A stretch of 64,000 nt of DNA from Candidatus Omnitrophota bacterium. Lineage in GTDB: Bacteria; Omnitrophota; Gorgyraeia; Gygaellales; JAHJCI01. Both the position numbers and the translations under genes were made by a program. Location of the stretch: assembly GCA_042570305.1 (NCBI GenBank), contig JBHPGP010000002.1, positions 4,024 to 68,023 on the forward strand, written 5' to 3'. Under the pieces are notes generated by a model that saw only the letters and a list, made by a program, of their open reading frames with translations, was not told the DNA's origin and did not search any database. Within the stretch, counting starts at the first letter, position 1, and every line of letters starts with the position of its first letter. Shown here one piece after another: positions 35,333 to 45,602 of this stretch.

Positions 35333-38158
35333 ATGGATGAAAGGACAAGACAAGAGCTTCTTCAGGAATTAAAGTCCCTGCAGGCGAGGATAGAAGAACT
35401 GGAAAGGGTCAGGAGCGATTCACTGGAGACAGAGGAATTGCTGCATCACGTAGAAGAGAAATGGGGTTTTCTCTTTGAAAACATACCCGATATCGTCATG
35501 AATGTATCCCGTGACGGAACTATCCTGGCAATAAATCACGCAGTCGGAGACTTCACCGTAGAAGAGATAGTTGGCAGCAGTATATATAAATTCGTAGCTC
35601 CCCAATATTGTAGCCCGCTAAGGGAATGCCTGGAGAGTGTTTTTAGAGCAGGTATCCCAGATAGTTATGAGATTATGGGAACCGGACCCGCAGGCCCCGG
35701 AAGCGCCTGGTATGAAACCCGCCTTATGCCTATTCGGCTGAACCAGCAGATTCACTCCGTTACCTTAATCAGCGCGGACATAACCGAGCGCAAGCATGCT
35801 GAAGAGGCCATGAAGGAGAGCGAGGAGAAATACCGCACCCTGGTTGAGAATATCAATATTGGCGCATACCGCAATACCGGAGATTTCCCCGGCCGTTTTC
35901 TTCACGCAAATCCCGCTATCGTAAAGATGTTTGGTTACGGTTCGGTTGAGGAATTTATGCAGATTTCCGTTTGCGAGCTTTATCAGAATCCGCACGAAAG
36001 AAAGCTTTTTCTGGAAGACCTCTTAAAAAACGGTTTTGTCAAAGGCAAGGAACTGCGCCTGCGAAAAAAAGACGGTACGCCAATCTGGGCTTCCTGTACC
36101 GCAAAGGTTCAATATGACGAAAATAAGAGGATCAAGTGGATAGACGGCGTGGTAGAAGATGTCACCGAACGCAAAAAGGCAGAGGAGGCGCTGCAGGAAT
36201 CCGAAGGTAAATACTCTTCATTGGTAGAGCAGGCGCAGGAGGGGGTAGTTATTCTGCAAGACGGCGTTTTTAAGTTCTGCAATAAAGCCATGTCCGATAT
36301 TACGGGATACTCAACTGATGAATTAATCGGCATGGATTTCCTGCCCGCGATTCTTCCCAAATACAAAGAGCTGATTAAAAAAAGATATGAAGCCGATATA
36401 GCAGGAAAAACAACGCCCCAGACGTTTATAATCAAGACCCGCAGGAAGGACGGCAAAATAATAGATATCGAAGCGACCGGTTCGACGATTTATTTTCATG
36501 ACCGGCCGGCTGCTATGTGCGTTCTGCGCGATATTACAGAGCGCATTAAAGCAGAAGGGGCGTTGCGCGAGAGCGAACATAAATACAGGACGCTGCTTAA
36601 GAATATTCCCCACGGCATATTTTATAAGGATTTAAACTCAGTATATATGCTATGTAATGAAAGCTATGCCAGTGATTTAAACATAGGTCCGGCTGAAATA
36701 AAGGGCAAGACGGATTATGATTTTTATCCCAAAGAATTGGCAGACAAATACAGGGCTGACGATAAAAGGATTATTGAATCTGGAAGGTCAGAGGAGCTGG
36801 AGGAGGAGTATCTCCGGGGCGGGCAGAGGGTTGCCGTACAGACCTTAAAATCTCCGGTAAGGGACGAACAGGGCAATATCATCGGCATATTCGGCATCTT
36901 TTGGGATATTACCGAGCGCAAGAAGAATAAGAGGAGGCTGGAACTATTGAACCGGGAACTTGTCAGGACGAATAAAAGGCTGAAGAGTATCTCGGTCAGG
37001 GATATGCAAACCGGACTTTATAACCACCGTTACCTTGAAGAGGTTCTGGACGCTGAATTTTACCGCGCAAAGAGGTATGGGCATCCTCTTTCAGTGATAA
37101 TGCTGGATGTTGATTATTTCAAATCCATAAACGACGTCTACGGCCATAAATTCGGAGACCTGGTGCTCAAGCAGCTTGCCAGGCTGTTAAAGAGGATGGT
37201 ACGCCGCTATGACGTGGTAATACGTTTCGGGGGAGAGGAATTTCTGATTATCTGCCCGGGCATAGATTATTCACCGGCCTTAATCCTGGCTCAGAGGATT
37301 TTAGACGCGATTAACCTGTATAGTTTCGGCAATAAAAAGCATATCGTCAAGGCGAGGCTAAGTATGGCAGTGGTTAACTATCCGCAGGACCGTGCAGTGA
37401 ACCAGAGCATGGATTTGCTTGAGCTGGCCGAGCAGGTTCTGGACAAGGCAAAAGAACACGGCGGTAACTGCGTTTATTCCAGCGCGGATATCAATAATAG
37501 AAAGGAATGCGCATCCATAAAGGATGAAGGCTCAAGCGATATCTGTTTTCTTAAAGAGAAGATAACCAAGCTTACCAAGCGTTCCAACCAGAGCCTGGTC
37601 GAGGCGGTTTTTGCTTTTGCAAAAACAATAAAATTAAAGGATAGTTATACCGGAGTACATGTGGAAAGGATAGTCGGCTATGCAACCGAGATTGCCCAGA
37701 CCTTAAATTTGTCCAAGGATGATATAGAGCTTATCAGGCAGGCTGCCATCCTGCACGATTTAGGCAAAATCGGGATAAGCGACAGAATTTTACTTAAAGC
37801 GGGACCGCTTAGCAAGAGGGAGTTCAATAAGATTAAGCATCATCCGCAGATCGGCGTGGATATTATCAGGCCGATTCAGTTTCTGCACAGCATAATCCCC
37901 TTTATCCTTTATCACCATGAGAGATGGGACGGCAATGGTTATCCTAAGGGTTTAAAGGGAGAAGAGATTCCTGTTGGAGCGCGCATTGTTGCGATTGCCG
38001 ACGTTTATCAGGCACTGATATCCGACCGCCCTTACCGCAGGGCGTTCTCCAAAGACAAGGCAGTAAAAATAATTCAGGGCGGTTCAGGCACTCAGTTTGA
38101 CCCCCACATAGTCAGCGCCTTTCTGAAAATTATCAAACATAATAAACATACCACCTAA
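35333..38158 (+). CDS. Multi-PAS / GGDEF / HD-GYP signalling protein
   Basis: Coiled-coil N-terminus, about 4 PAS/PAC modules, intact GGDEF (RFGGEEF) and canonical HD-GYP (HHERWDGNGYPKGL). Confidence 0.85.
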   Translation: MDERTRQELLQELKSLQARIEELERVRSDSLETEELLHHVEEKWGFLFENIPDIVMNVSRDGTILAINHAVGDFTVEEIVGSSIYKFVAPQYCSPLRECLESVFRAGIPDSYEIMGTGPAGPGSAWYETRLMPIRLNQQIHSVTLISADITERKHAEEAMKESEEKYRTLVENINIGAYRNTGDFPGRFLHANPAIVKMFGYGSVEEFMQISVCELYQNPHERKLFLEDLLKNGFVKGKELRLRKKDGTPIWASCTAKVQYDENKRIKWIDGVVEDVTERKKAEEALQESEGKYSSLVEQAQEGVVILQDGVFKFCNKAMSDITGYSTDELIGMDFLPAILPKYKELIKKRYEADIAGKTTPQTFIIKTRRKDGKIIDIEATGSTIYFHDRPAAMCVLRDITERIKAEGALRESEHKYRTLLKNIPHGIFYKDLNSVYMLCNESYASDLNIGPAEIKGKTDYDFYPKELADKYRADDKRIIESGRSEELEEEYLRGGQRVAVQTLKSPVRDEQGNIIGIFGIFWDITERKKNKRRLELLNRELVRTNKRLKSISVRDMQTGLYNHRYLEEVLDAEFYRAKRYGHPLSVIMLDVDYFKSINDVYGHKFGDLVLKQLARLLKRMVRRYDVVIRFGGEEFLIICPGIDYSPALILAQRILDAINLYSFGNKKHIVKARLSMAVVNYPQDRAVNQSMDLLELAEQVLDKAKEHGGNCVYSSADINNRKECASIKDEGSSDICFLKEKITKLTKRSNQSLVEAVFAFAKTIKLKDSYTGVHVERIVGYATEIAQTLNLSKDDIELIRQAAILHDLGKIGISDRILLKAGPLSKREFNKIKHHPQIGVDIIRPIQFLHSIIPFILYHHERWDGNGYPKGLKGEEIPVGARIVAIADVYQALISDRPYRRAFSKDKAVKIIQGGSGTQFDPHIVSAFLKIIKHNKHTT

Positions 38159-38300
38159 GCAATTTCGCGAATTACTGGTTTCCCGCCTTTAGATTTTCCT
38201 TTACAGATTTATCCCGACAGAGTAATATATTAAGTCATAAAGGCATTGCCATTACAACTCTTTGCCGTTATTGGGGTTATTTGCAATTGACCCGCGTTCA

Positions 38301-39788
38301 ATGAATAGAAAGCCATACATTTCAATCATTATTCCAGCCTTTAATGAGGTTAAGCGACTGCCGGCCTTTCTCCAGCTTGTCATTTCCTTCTGTAATAGCA
38401 GCCAAAGGGCATACGAAATCATTGTAGTGGACGACGGAAGCAGCGATAATACGTTCGAGGTTGCTCAATCGTATAAAACCCGCTTTGCCAATCTGCATAT
38501 AATCAGACTCAGAAAAAATATGGGTAAGGGCTACGCAGTTAAAAGAGGGCTCTTGGAGTCCAGCGGGGAGGTATCAGTATTTCTTGACGCTGATGGTTCT
38601 GTTGCCCCCCAGGAAATAGAGAAAAACCTGCATTATATTACACAGGAGGGTTATGATATTGTTGCCGGTTCAAGGGTTTTAAGGAATAAGAGCCAGATTT
38701 TGCAAGTTAAGTGGCATAGAAAGCTTATCGGCACAGTATTTAATTTCCTTGTGCAGACCTTACTGTTTAAAAATATTAAAGACACTCAATGCGGCTTTAA
38801 GATGTTTAAAAGAGAAGTGGTAAAGCCTTTGTTTTCCAGAAGTTATTTAGCAGACTTTGGTTTTGATGTCGAGATTTTATACCTTGCCCATAAAATGGGT
38901 TACAATGTTAAAGAAGAGCCTGTTTCCTGGAGTCACGTTAAAGGCTCAAAGGTGAATCTGTTCATCGATTCGCTCAGGATGTTCTTTAATATATTACAGG
39001 TGAGGAATTGGCATTGTACGCCGATTAATCCCGGTTCCCAGTATATGGGTCCGGATGAATACAGATATATGTATGATTTGGAATGCTACCACTGGTGGTT
39101 TACGAGCCGCAGGAAGCTGCTGGCAGGATTGATGAAGTCATTAAAGATCGCTTCTCCCAAAATTCTGGATGTTGGTTGTGGCACAGGTGCTAATATATTG
39201 TCGTTTAAAAAGTTAGGCGATGCATTCGGCATTGATGCCTCCAGGCAGGCAATTGAATTCTGCAGGAAGAGGGGGATTGAGAATACGACCCAATGTCCGA
39301 TTGAGAAGCTCGGGTTTGCTGATAAAACCTTCGATATTATTACCTGTATTGATGTTTTAGAACATGTGTCCAATCCGTCAGAGGCATTGTTAGAGATTAA
39401 ACGGGTCTTAAAAGATGAAGGCAAGCTGATTATCACTGTTCCTGCTTTCAGGATTCTCTGGAGCCAGCACGATGAGGCATTATGCCATCTAAGGAGATAC
39501 GAAAAGAGCTCGCTTTTATCTGAACTATACGAGGCAGGATTAAAGGCAAAGAAGACCGGCTACTTATTTTTTATCTCTTTTTTTGCGGTTGCCCCGATAA
39601 GAATAATCAGGAGATTCCTCATCCTTAAGCAAGAAAATGTCCATAGCGACACTACTACATTGCCGCCCAAAATCTTAAACGAGTTTTTAAAATTCCTCTT
39701 TAATATAGAAGCCCAATTATCGCTTTGTTTCGGGCTTCCCTTTGGTACGACTCTTTACGCGGTTGCCTGTAAAGAGGCAAATGCATAG
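38301..39788 (+). CDS. Glycosyltransferase family 2 fused to a class I SAM-dependent methyltransferase
   Basis: ISIIIPAFNE...VVDDGSSD (GT2, DPM1-like) N-terminal. C-terminal ILDVGCGTGAN...FDIITCIDVLEHV methyltransferase motifs I-III. Confidence 0.75.
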   Translation: MNRKPYISIIIPAFNEVKRLPAFLQLVISFCNSSQRAYEIIVVDDGSSDNTFEVAQSYKTRFANLHIIRLRKNMGKGYAVKRGLLESSGEVSVFLDADGSVAPQEIEKNLHYITQEGYDIVAGSRVLRNKSQILQVKWHRKLIGTVFNFLVQTLLFKNIKDTQCGFKMFKREVVKPLFSRSYLADFGFDVEILYLAHKMGYNVKEEPVSWSHVKGSKVNLFIDSLRMFFNILQVRNWHCTPINPGSQYMGPDEYRYMYDLECYHWWFTSRRKLLAGLMKSLKIASPKILDVGCGTGANILSFKKLGDAFGIDASRQAIEFCRKRGIENTTQCPIEKLGFADKTFDIITCIDVLEHVSNPSEALLEIKRVLKDEGKLIITVPAFRILWSQHDEALCHLRRYEKSSLLSELYEAGLKAKKTGYLFFISFFAVAPIRIIRRFLILKQENVHSDTTTLPPKILNEFLKFLFNIEAQLSLCFGLPFGTTLYAVACKEANA

Positions 39789-39817
39789 GCGCAAGCCGGA
39801 TACCTTCGGGTTAGATT

Positions 39818-41548
39818 ATGAAACATAAACAGAGAAGATATATTTACATTTACCTGTTGATTTTTTTGGTTGCCTTCTTTGTGCTTACGCCTATGATTGT
39901 TCCCCGCACCTGGCCAGTCAGCCATGAAGGCACACGCTATATTATCTTGCTTGACTATTTCAAGGATGCAGTCAGCAAAGGTGTCTTATATCCCAGGTGG
40001 CTCCCGGACGCATATGGCGGATACGGCTATCCGCTGTTTCTTTTTTATCAGCCTGGATTATTCTTTGCCGCGCTGCCCTTTTATTTCCTGCCCGGTTGTC
40101 CTCTATATAGTATGTATATTTTTTTGATTTTCTTGTTTTTCGCAGGCGGTGTAGGAGCCTATAAATTATGCAAAGAACTTTCCGGCCATCTTACAGGATT
40201 AGTCTGTTCGATTCTATTTCTGCTGACGCCGTATTTATACGTCAACCTGTATGTCAGGGGGGATTTAAGTGAATTAATGGCCATGCTGCTTTGCCCGTGG
40301 CCTGTATTTTTCCTGGTTATGCTCAAGAAGCGCATACAGCAAGGCTCTCAATTATTATGGTCAACCTTCGGAATTGCTTTCTCTGTCGTAATGATAATTA
40401 TTTCCCATCCGGCAGTCTCAATGTTCTTCCTGGTTATTTTCTCTATTATTGCCATTTACTTCAGCCTTGATATGGGCGGGTTAAGAATAGCTTTTTTGTC
40501 CAGGGCAGCTGTTTCTGTTATGTTGGGGGCTATTTTGAGTTCACCCTATTGGTTTACCATTTTTCAGATGAAGAACTATGTAAACCTGGAACCCGCATTC
40601 AGCGGCTCTTATTATTCGGCAGAGCTTCATACTGTTTACCCTCTTCAGCTCTTTTCGCGCTTTTGGGGATTTGGACCGTCTAATATAAATACCCCCGCCG
40701 ACGGAATGTCTTTTCAGCTGGGTTTACCGCATTTCATTCTGGCGACGGCGGGATTTTTCTTCGGTAGGAAGAAGCGGATAATTCAGGTATCCTATGCCTT
40801 ATATATTGCATTTATCTTCTTAATGACGCAAGCCGCTTCAGCATTATGGAAGGAGTTTCTTTTCCTGCGCTACGTGCAGTTTCCCTGGAGGATTTTATCG
40901 GTAACCGCTCTCTTACAGGTTATCTGCATCAGCGGCCTTAAAAAAATTATACCCGCAGGGATGCCTATTCGCAGGGCGGTAATCATTATATCGGCTTTGC
41001 TGGGCGTGGTTGCCTTATGGCACTCTAATCAGTTCCAAATCAGTAAAGGCATTGATGCCTGCCGGGAATTAAGGCTTGATAGGGAGCATAGGCTGGAAAG
41101 ATTTCAGACCTATTCAGTACTTAGTGAGTTTATCCCCAAGACAGCATTAGGCAAGCGCATCGCCCTGCCCAGAGGCGATAATCCCATGTTGGTGCTTAAC
41201 CCTCCCGGTGAAATCAAGGAAATAAAGGGCAATAGCAAATACCGCATACGTTATCAGATTAACTGCGAAGTTCCTACTGATGTTTTGATTAACCAGGTTT
41301 ATATGCCAGGATGGAGGGTAATAGTTGACGGGGAAGACATCCCTGCTTCAGAGCTCGAAAGGCATTTAACTATAGACGGGAGAATGCAATTCTCGCTATT
41401 GCCTCGGGAAGAGATTATTGTCCAGGCGTTTTATGACGGCCCTCCCGGGTGGCGTGTGCGCAATCTTCTGATTGGGGTTATATTTTTGGGCTTCGCAGTC
41501 TTTTGTTGCTATGATAGGAGGCAAGGAAAAACCACGGCAAGCAGGTAG
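39818..41548 (+). CDS. Polytopic membrane protein, GT-C-like (PTPS-related/YfhO-like predicted glycosyltransferase)
   Basis: About 13 TM helices. N-terminal loop motif YPRWLPDAYGGYGYPLFLFYQPG, as in predicted membrane glycosyltransferases. Confidence 0.4.
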   Translation: MKHKQRRYIYIYLLIFLVAFFVLTPMIVPRTWPVSHEGTRYIILLDYFKDAVSKGVLYPRWLPDAYGGYGYPLFLFYQPGLFFAALPFYFLPGCPLYSMYIFLIFLFFAGGVGAYKLCKELSGHLTGLVCSILFLLTPYLYVNLYVRGDLSELMAMLLCPWPVFFLVMLKKRIQQGSQLLWSTFGIAFSVVMIIISHPAVSMFFLVIFSIIAIYFSLDMGGLRIAFLSRAAVSVMLGAILSSPYWFTIFQMKNYVNLEPAFSGSYYSAELHTVYPLQLFSRFWGFGPSNINTPADGMSFQLGLPHFILATAGFFFGRKKRIIQVSYALYIAFIFLMTQAASALWKEFLFLRYVQFPWRILSVTALLQVICISGLKKIIPAGMPIRRAVIIISALLGVVALWHSNQFQISKGIDACRELRLDREHRLERFQTYSVLSEFIPKTALGKRIALPRGDNPMLVLNPPGEIKEIKGNSKYRIRYQINCEVPTDVLINQVYMPGWRVIVDGEDIPASELERHLTIDGRMQFSLLPREEIIVQAFYDGPPGWRVRNLLIGVIFLGFAVFCCYDRRQGKTTASR

Positions 41549-41556
41549 GCAATTGA

Positions 41557-43941
41557 TTAATCACTGCCTTCTTCGGTTTGCAGCATCATATAGATTAATT
41601 GGTGAATCTGCTGCTCTATCATTTTAGATTCTTCGCTGTCAGGATTAAGTCCGACAAATTTCTGCAGGTATTCTACTGCCAGACGGTAATCCCCTTTTAT
41701 GTTTGTATATATGGCACCCAGATTAAGGTATGCTATGCTGCTTTCAATTCCGGGATTAATCTGAATCGCTTTCTTATACATAGCAATCCCTTCTTCCGTG
41801 GAGCCTTGATTCATGTAGGCATTCCCCAGGTTGACATATGCCAGGGAGTACTCAGGGTCTAGCCTTAAGGCTTTCTTGAATTCGCCTATGGCCTTATCAT
41901 GTTCCCCGGTCATCCCGTAATTAATCCCCCGTTGAATGTGGTATTGGGCTGTTTCTTCTCCTCCTGTAATATCCGGGAGAATAACCGCATATTTATCTGT
42001 CTGGCTTGCCATTTCTTTTGCCGGGCCGCTGAGAAAAAAATCAGGGTTGAGTTTTCTTGCCTTATCCAGGACAATCCGTGCCTTCTGATTATCCTGTTTT
42101 TGCAGGTATAGCTGCCCCAGGTTAAACAGGCTGGCAAAATTCTCAGGATTGAATTTTAGCGACTCTATGTATTCTCCAATCGCATCGTCAATCCGCCCGT
42201 GGTTGCTGTAATAGAGACCCAGATTATTATGACCTTTACTGTAGGCCCGGACTATCTCCTTTACCATATAATCCTTATGTATGCCCCTATCAAGAAGCCC
42301 CCTTTGGCTGTAGCCTTTCCAGAGCGAAGCGTTGGCCTGCGCGACATCCTCAAAATCAGAAACGGATTTTAAGGGGGCGATTTTGTAAACCAGGCCGTAG
42401 GGAATATTTTCATAATCCCCCAGCATTAAAAATGTCGAGAATACCGGGGTCTGGAGAATATTGGAATCGATGAAATGATGGAGCCGTTCCTGGCGCGGCA
42501 CTGAAAGAATGTCCTCAGGCATGATGTTGCCGCGGTGTTTAAGCAGGCTTTCGCAGCCCCAGTCCCAGGTGATTAATTCCCTGTCGACAATGGTTACATC
42601 CCCGCGTAGTCCTTTGGATGCCTGCAGATATAAAAGCGGACCGAAAACAGCATCTCCCGTGGACAATAAAATTGAGCCTTTGGGGACAGTATTTAGAACG
42701 TCAGTCGCGTAATCCGATATAATAAAATTTTTACTCCTGTCATTTTTATGATAGTTTGCAACAAAACAGGCCAGGGGTAGCAGAATCAGGGGCAACCAGG
42801 CAGCCAGGCGTAAGCGGGCCCTGGTTTTTAAATAAATATAAAAATAGTTGAGCCCGCAGCCAATCCAGATAGTTATGATTATGTAGCTCGGTAAAAGGTA
42901 GCGGAATAAAGTGAAAAGGTCTTCCTCGTTGCCGTAATAAATCATCAGTAAGAGATTACCGATTACCAGAAGGCAAGATAAAAGAAATATCCTTTTATGC
43001 CTTCTCCAGTGTCCGATTAATCCCAGAATAAACACCAGCCCCAAGGGGGTAAAATCCAGGATAAATAACTTCATAGCCGTAAGCAGGACCCTCAATGAGC
43101 CTGCGGTACTGCGTACCCCCATCTTAAAGGCGTATTCCCTTTGAGTTATATAGTTGAAGAAGCTGACCAGATTAGTGGGGTTGCCCCAGTTAACCACAGG
43201 GTCCCTGGAGGCGGCTATCGGTAAATAAAAATATTGCAAACCGCTCAAGGCAAGCGCTATGAATACCGCCAGAACAAAGGCCGGCCTTAAGAATGTCCTT
43301 GGTTTGGTTACGGCTATAGCGGCTATCGCCATAGGAATAACCAGGATTACCATTGCATGGGTAGCTAAGGCTAATCCCAGCATCACCGCAAATAAGAAAA
43401 GATACTTGTCTTTTTGCTTTATGTTCCATAAAAATATTATCCAGACTAACAGGGCTATAAAAAACCCTGCCAGCGTATATACCCTGGCAGCTGTAGCATG
43501 AGACCAGAGGGTGGCAGAGAAGGCAAAGGATAAGGCAGACGCAAAGCATACAGGCCTGTTAATTGCCAATGTGCGTAACGCCAGGTATATTACTCCCGTA
43601 GATAATGAAGCAAAGAAGGCAGAGAGGATGTTAACCCTATAGGCAATATCGCCGAAAGGGATGATTATAGTAAACAACCTGCTTAAAAGTATATAGAGAG
43701 GAAAACCCGTAGGATGCGCAACCCCTAAAGTAGCTACCGCTGCCAGGAGTTCTCCGCTGTCCCCTTCGTATACAGTAGGGCAGAGGGTTTTAATATAGGT
43801 CAGAAAAGAGGCCAAAAGCAGTACGGCTATTAACAGGCAGTCATTAATTTGGATTAATGATGCCGGTTTCTGGGCTCGGGTTTTATCAGAGGGCTTTATC
43901 ATAATCAGAGGACTTGCCGATAAGATGCAGAGTCCGGGCAA
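41557..43941 (-). CDS. Membrane protein with GT-C/PMT-like N-terminal domain (DUF2723-like) and C-terminal TPR repeats
   Basis: N-terminal ~11 TM helices, with an acidic EGDSGE motif in the first loop. The C-terminal 300 aa hold multiple TPR repeats (GLYYSNHGRIDDAIGEYIESLKFNP, LGQLYLQKQDNQKARIVLDKARKLNP etc.). Confidence 0.55.
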   Translation of the reverse strand: MPGLCILSASPLIMIKPSDKTRAQKPASLIQINDCLLIAVLLLASFLTYIKTLCPTVYEGDSGELLAAVATLGVAHPTGFPLYILLSRLFTIIIPFGDIAYRVNILSAFFASLSTGVIYLALRTLAINRPVCFASALSFAFSATLWSHATAARVYTLAGFFIALLVWIIFLWNIKQKDKYLFLFAVMLGLALATHAMVILVIPMAIAAIAVTKPRTFLRPAFVLAVFIALALSGLQYFYLPIAASRDPVVNWGNPTNLVSFFNYITQREYAFKMGVRSTAGSLRVLLTAMKLFILDFTPLGLVFILGLIGHWRRHKRIFLLSCLLVIGNLLLMIYYGNEEDLFTLFRYLLPSYIIITIWIGCGLNYFYIYLKTRARLRLAAWLPLILLPLACFVANYHKNDRSKNFIISDYATDVLNTVPKGSILLSTGDAVFGPLLYLQASKGLRGDVTIVDRELITWDWGCESLLKHRGNIMPEDILSVPRQERLHHFIDSNILQTPVFSTFLMLGDYENIPYGLVYKIAPLKSVSDFEDVAQANASLWKGYSQRGLLDRGIHKDYMVKEIVRAYSKGHNNLGLYYSNHGRIDDAIGEYIESLKFNPENFASLFNLGQLYLQKQDNQKARIVLDKARKLNPDFFLSGPAKEMASQTDKYAVILPDITGGEETAQYHIQRGINYGMTGEHDKAIGEFKKALRLDPEYSLAYVNLGNAYMNQGSTEEGIAMYKKAIQINPGIESSIAYLNLGAIYTNIKGDYRLAVEYLQKFVGLNPDSEESKMIEQQIHQLIYMMLQTEEGSD

Positions 43942-44046
43942 GCCTGAAAGAATAATATCACTTATTCAATTATTGTCAAGAATATCAAGCCCGATTAACG
44001 TCAGTTTTTCCTTTACAGTTTTGTCCCGAAAGAGTAATATAAGTCT

Positions 44047-44517
44047 ATGCAAGCCGAATTCTTCTCAAGGCTTAAGGAATGCCTGGGCAGCAGAACTGCG
44101 ATAGTCGGCATAGGCAATACGCTCAAGGCAGACGACGGTTTAGGGCCCCTGTTGGTTCAGGGCCTGAGAGGAAAAACCCCTGCCTGCCTCTTTGACTGCG
44201 GTGAGGTACCGGAGAACTATACCCGTCCGATTATCAGGTCCAATCCAGAAACAATTATTATCGTTGACGCTGCTGACTGGTCAGCTGCAGCCGGAGAATT
44301 AAGGTTCATAAAAGCCGAGGAAATAAGGAATTTCAGCCTTTCCACTCACAACGCATCGCTTTCGATTTTCCTGGATTATTTAAAGGGTGAACTTCCCCGG
44401 GCAGAGATAATTATTGTAGGGGTGCAAACGGGAAACAGGCAGTTGATGCAGTCACTTAGTCCAGGAGTGGAAGCTACGCTTAATCAATTACTGGATTTTT
44501 TTAAAGGCTGCGGGTGA
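44047..44517 (+). CDS. Hydrogenase maturation endopeptidase family (HycI/HyaD-like)
   Basis: AIVGIGNTLKADDGLGPLL...IIIVDAADW...SLSTH, the conserved blocks of the hydrogenase maturation protease family. No hydrogenase genes in the window. Confidence 0.55.
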   Translation: MQAEFFSRLKECLGSRTAIVGIGNTLKADDGLGPLLVQGLRGKTPACLFDCGEVPENYTRPIIRSNPETIIIVDAADWSAAAGELRFIKAEEIRNFSLSTHNASLSIFLDYLKGELPRAEIIIVGVQTGNRQLMQSLSPGVEATLNQLLDFFKGCG

Positions 44518-44526
44518 GATTTTAGT

Positions 44527-44555
44527 TTGATAATCAGTATCTTCTGTGATAGAAT
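44527..44555 (+). promoter_or_regulatory. Sigma70-type promoter (TTGATA-17-TAGAAT) upstream of hflK
   Basis: ttgata atcagtatcttctgtga tagaat. Confidence 0.5.
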
Positions 44556-44603
44556 GAGCAAAACACAGGTTGATACGTAAAGAGAAAAGGAGGGTAGTAC
44601 GTT

Positions 44604-45602
44604 ATGGATTGGGATAAGATTCGTAAGCCAGAAGACATTATTGACGCAGGAAAGGCTAAATTCGGAGATTCAGGCAGATTTCTTCCCTGGATTATGATTG
44701 GCTTGATAGTCCTAGTCAGCCTGAAGGGGCTGCTTTATTCTATCGGTCCGGAAGAGGTGGGCGTGATTCAGAGATTCGGAAAATATATGCGCCTGAGCTC
44801 TCCGGGTTTGCACGTAAAGATTCCGTTCGGCATCGAGAAGGTTACTCCTGTGCCGGTAAAGAGGGTATTAAAAGAGGAATTCGGGGTAAGGACAGTGCGC
44901 CCCGGAGTGCGCACGCAATATTCTCCCCGCGAATACCTTGAGGAATCACTGATGCTCACCGGAGATTTAAATATACTCGACGTTCGCTGGATTGTGCAGT
45001 TTAAGGTCAATGACCCGGTAAAACTGCTTTTCAGTGTCCGCGACCCCCTGGAAAATATCAGGGATGTTTCCGAGGCAGTGATGAGGCGTTTTGTGGGAGA
45101 CTACCGGGTGGATGAGGTGTTGACTACCAAGAGAGAAGAGGTAGATGATTTGGTCCAGCAGGAGATGCAGGCAATATTAGATACATACCAGACCGGTGTT
45201 CATATCGTTACGGTTAAGTTGCTGGATGTGAACCCGCCAGAGAAGGTAAAGCCGGCATTCAATGAGGTAAATGAAGCAAAGCAGGAAAGGGAAAAGCTGA
45301 TTAACCAGGCCTGGGAAGCGTATAATAAGGTTATCCCCAAGGCAAAGGGCGAGGCAGAAAAGACAATCAGCGTAGCAGAGGGATACAGCCTGGACAAGGT
45401 TAACCGGGCAAAGGGAGAAGCGGAAAGGTTCCTGGCTGTACTTGCCGAATATAAAAAAGAGCCGATGATAACTGAAAAGAGGTTATATTTAGAGACCTTA
45501 TCGCAGATTTTGCCTAAGGCAAAGGCAAAGTATGTGATTGACCCGCAGCAGTCTTCGATTCTACCGCTGCTTAAGATTGGTCAGGAAGGAGGCGGACAAT
45601 AA
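44604..45602 (+). CDS. hflK: FtsH protease modulator HflK (SPFH/band-7)
   Basis: N-terminal TM then SPFH domain (GPEEVGVIQRFGKY...SPGLHVKIPF). Followed by hflC. Confidence 0.85.
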   Translation: MDWDKIRKPEDIIDAGKAKFGDSGRFLPWIMIGLIVLVSLKGLLYSIGPEEVGVIQRFGKYMRLSSPGLHVKIPFGIEKVTPVPVKRVLKEEFGVRTVRPGVRTQYSPREYLEESLMLTGDLNILDVRWIVQFKVNDPVKLLFSVRDPLENIRDVSEAVMRRFVGDYRVDEVLTTKREEVDDLVQQEMQAILDTYQTGVHIVTVKLLDVNPPEKVKPAFNEVNEAKQEREKLINQAWEAYNKVIPKAKGEAEKTISVAEGYSLDKVNRAKGEAERFLAVLAEYKKEPMITEKRLYLETLSQILPKAKAKYVIDPQQSSILPLLKIGQEGGGQ

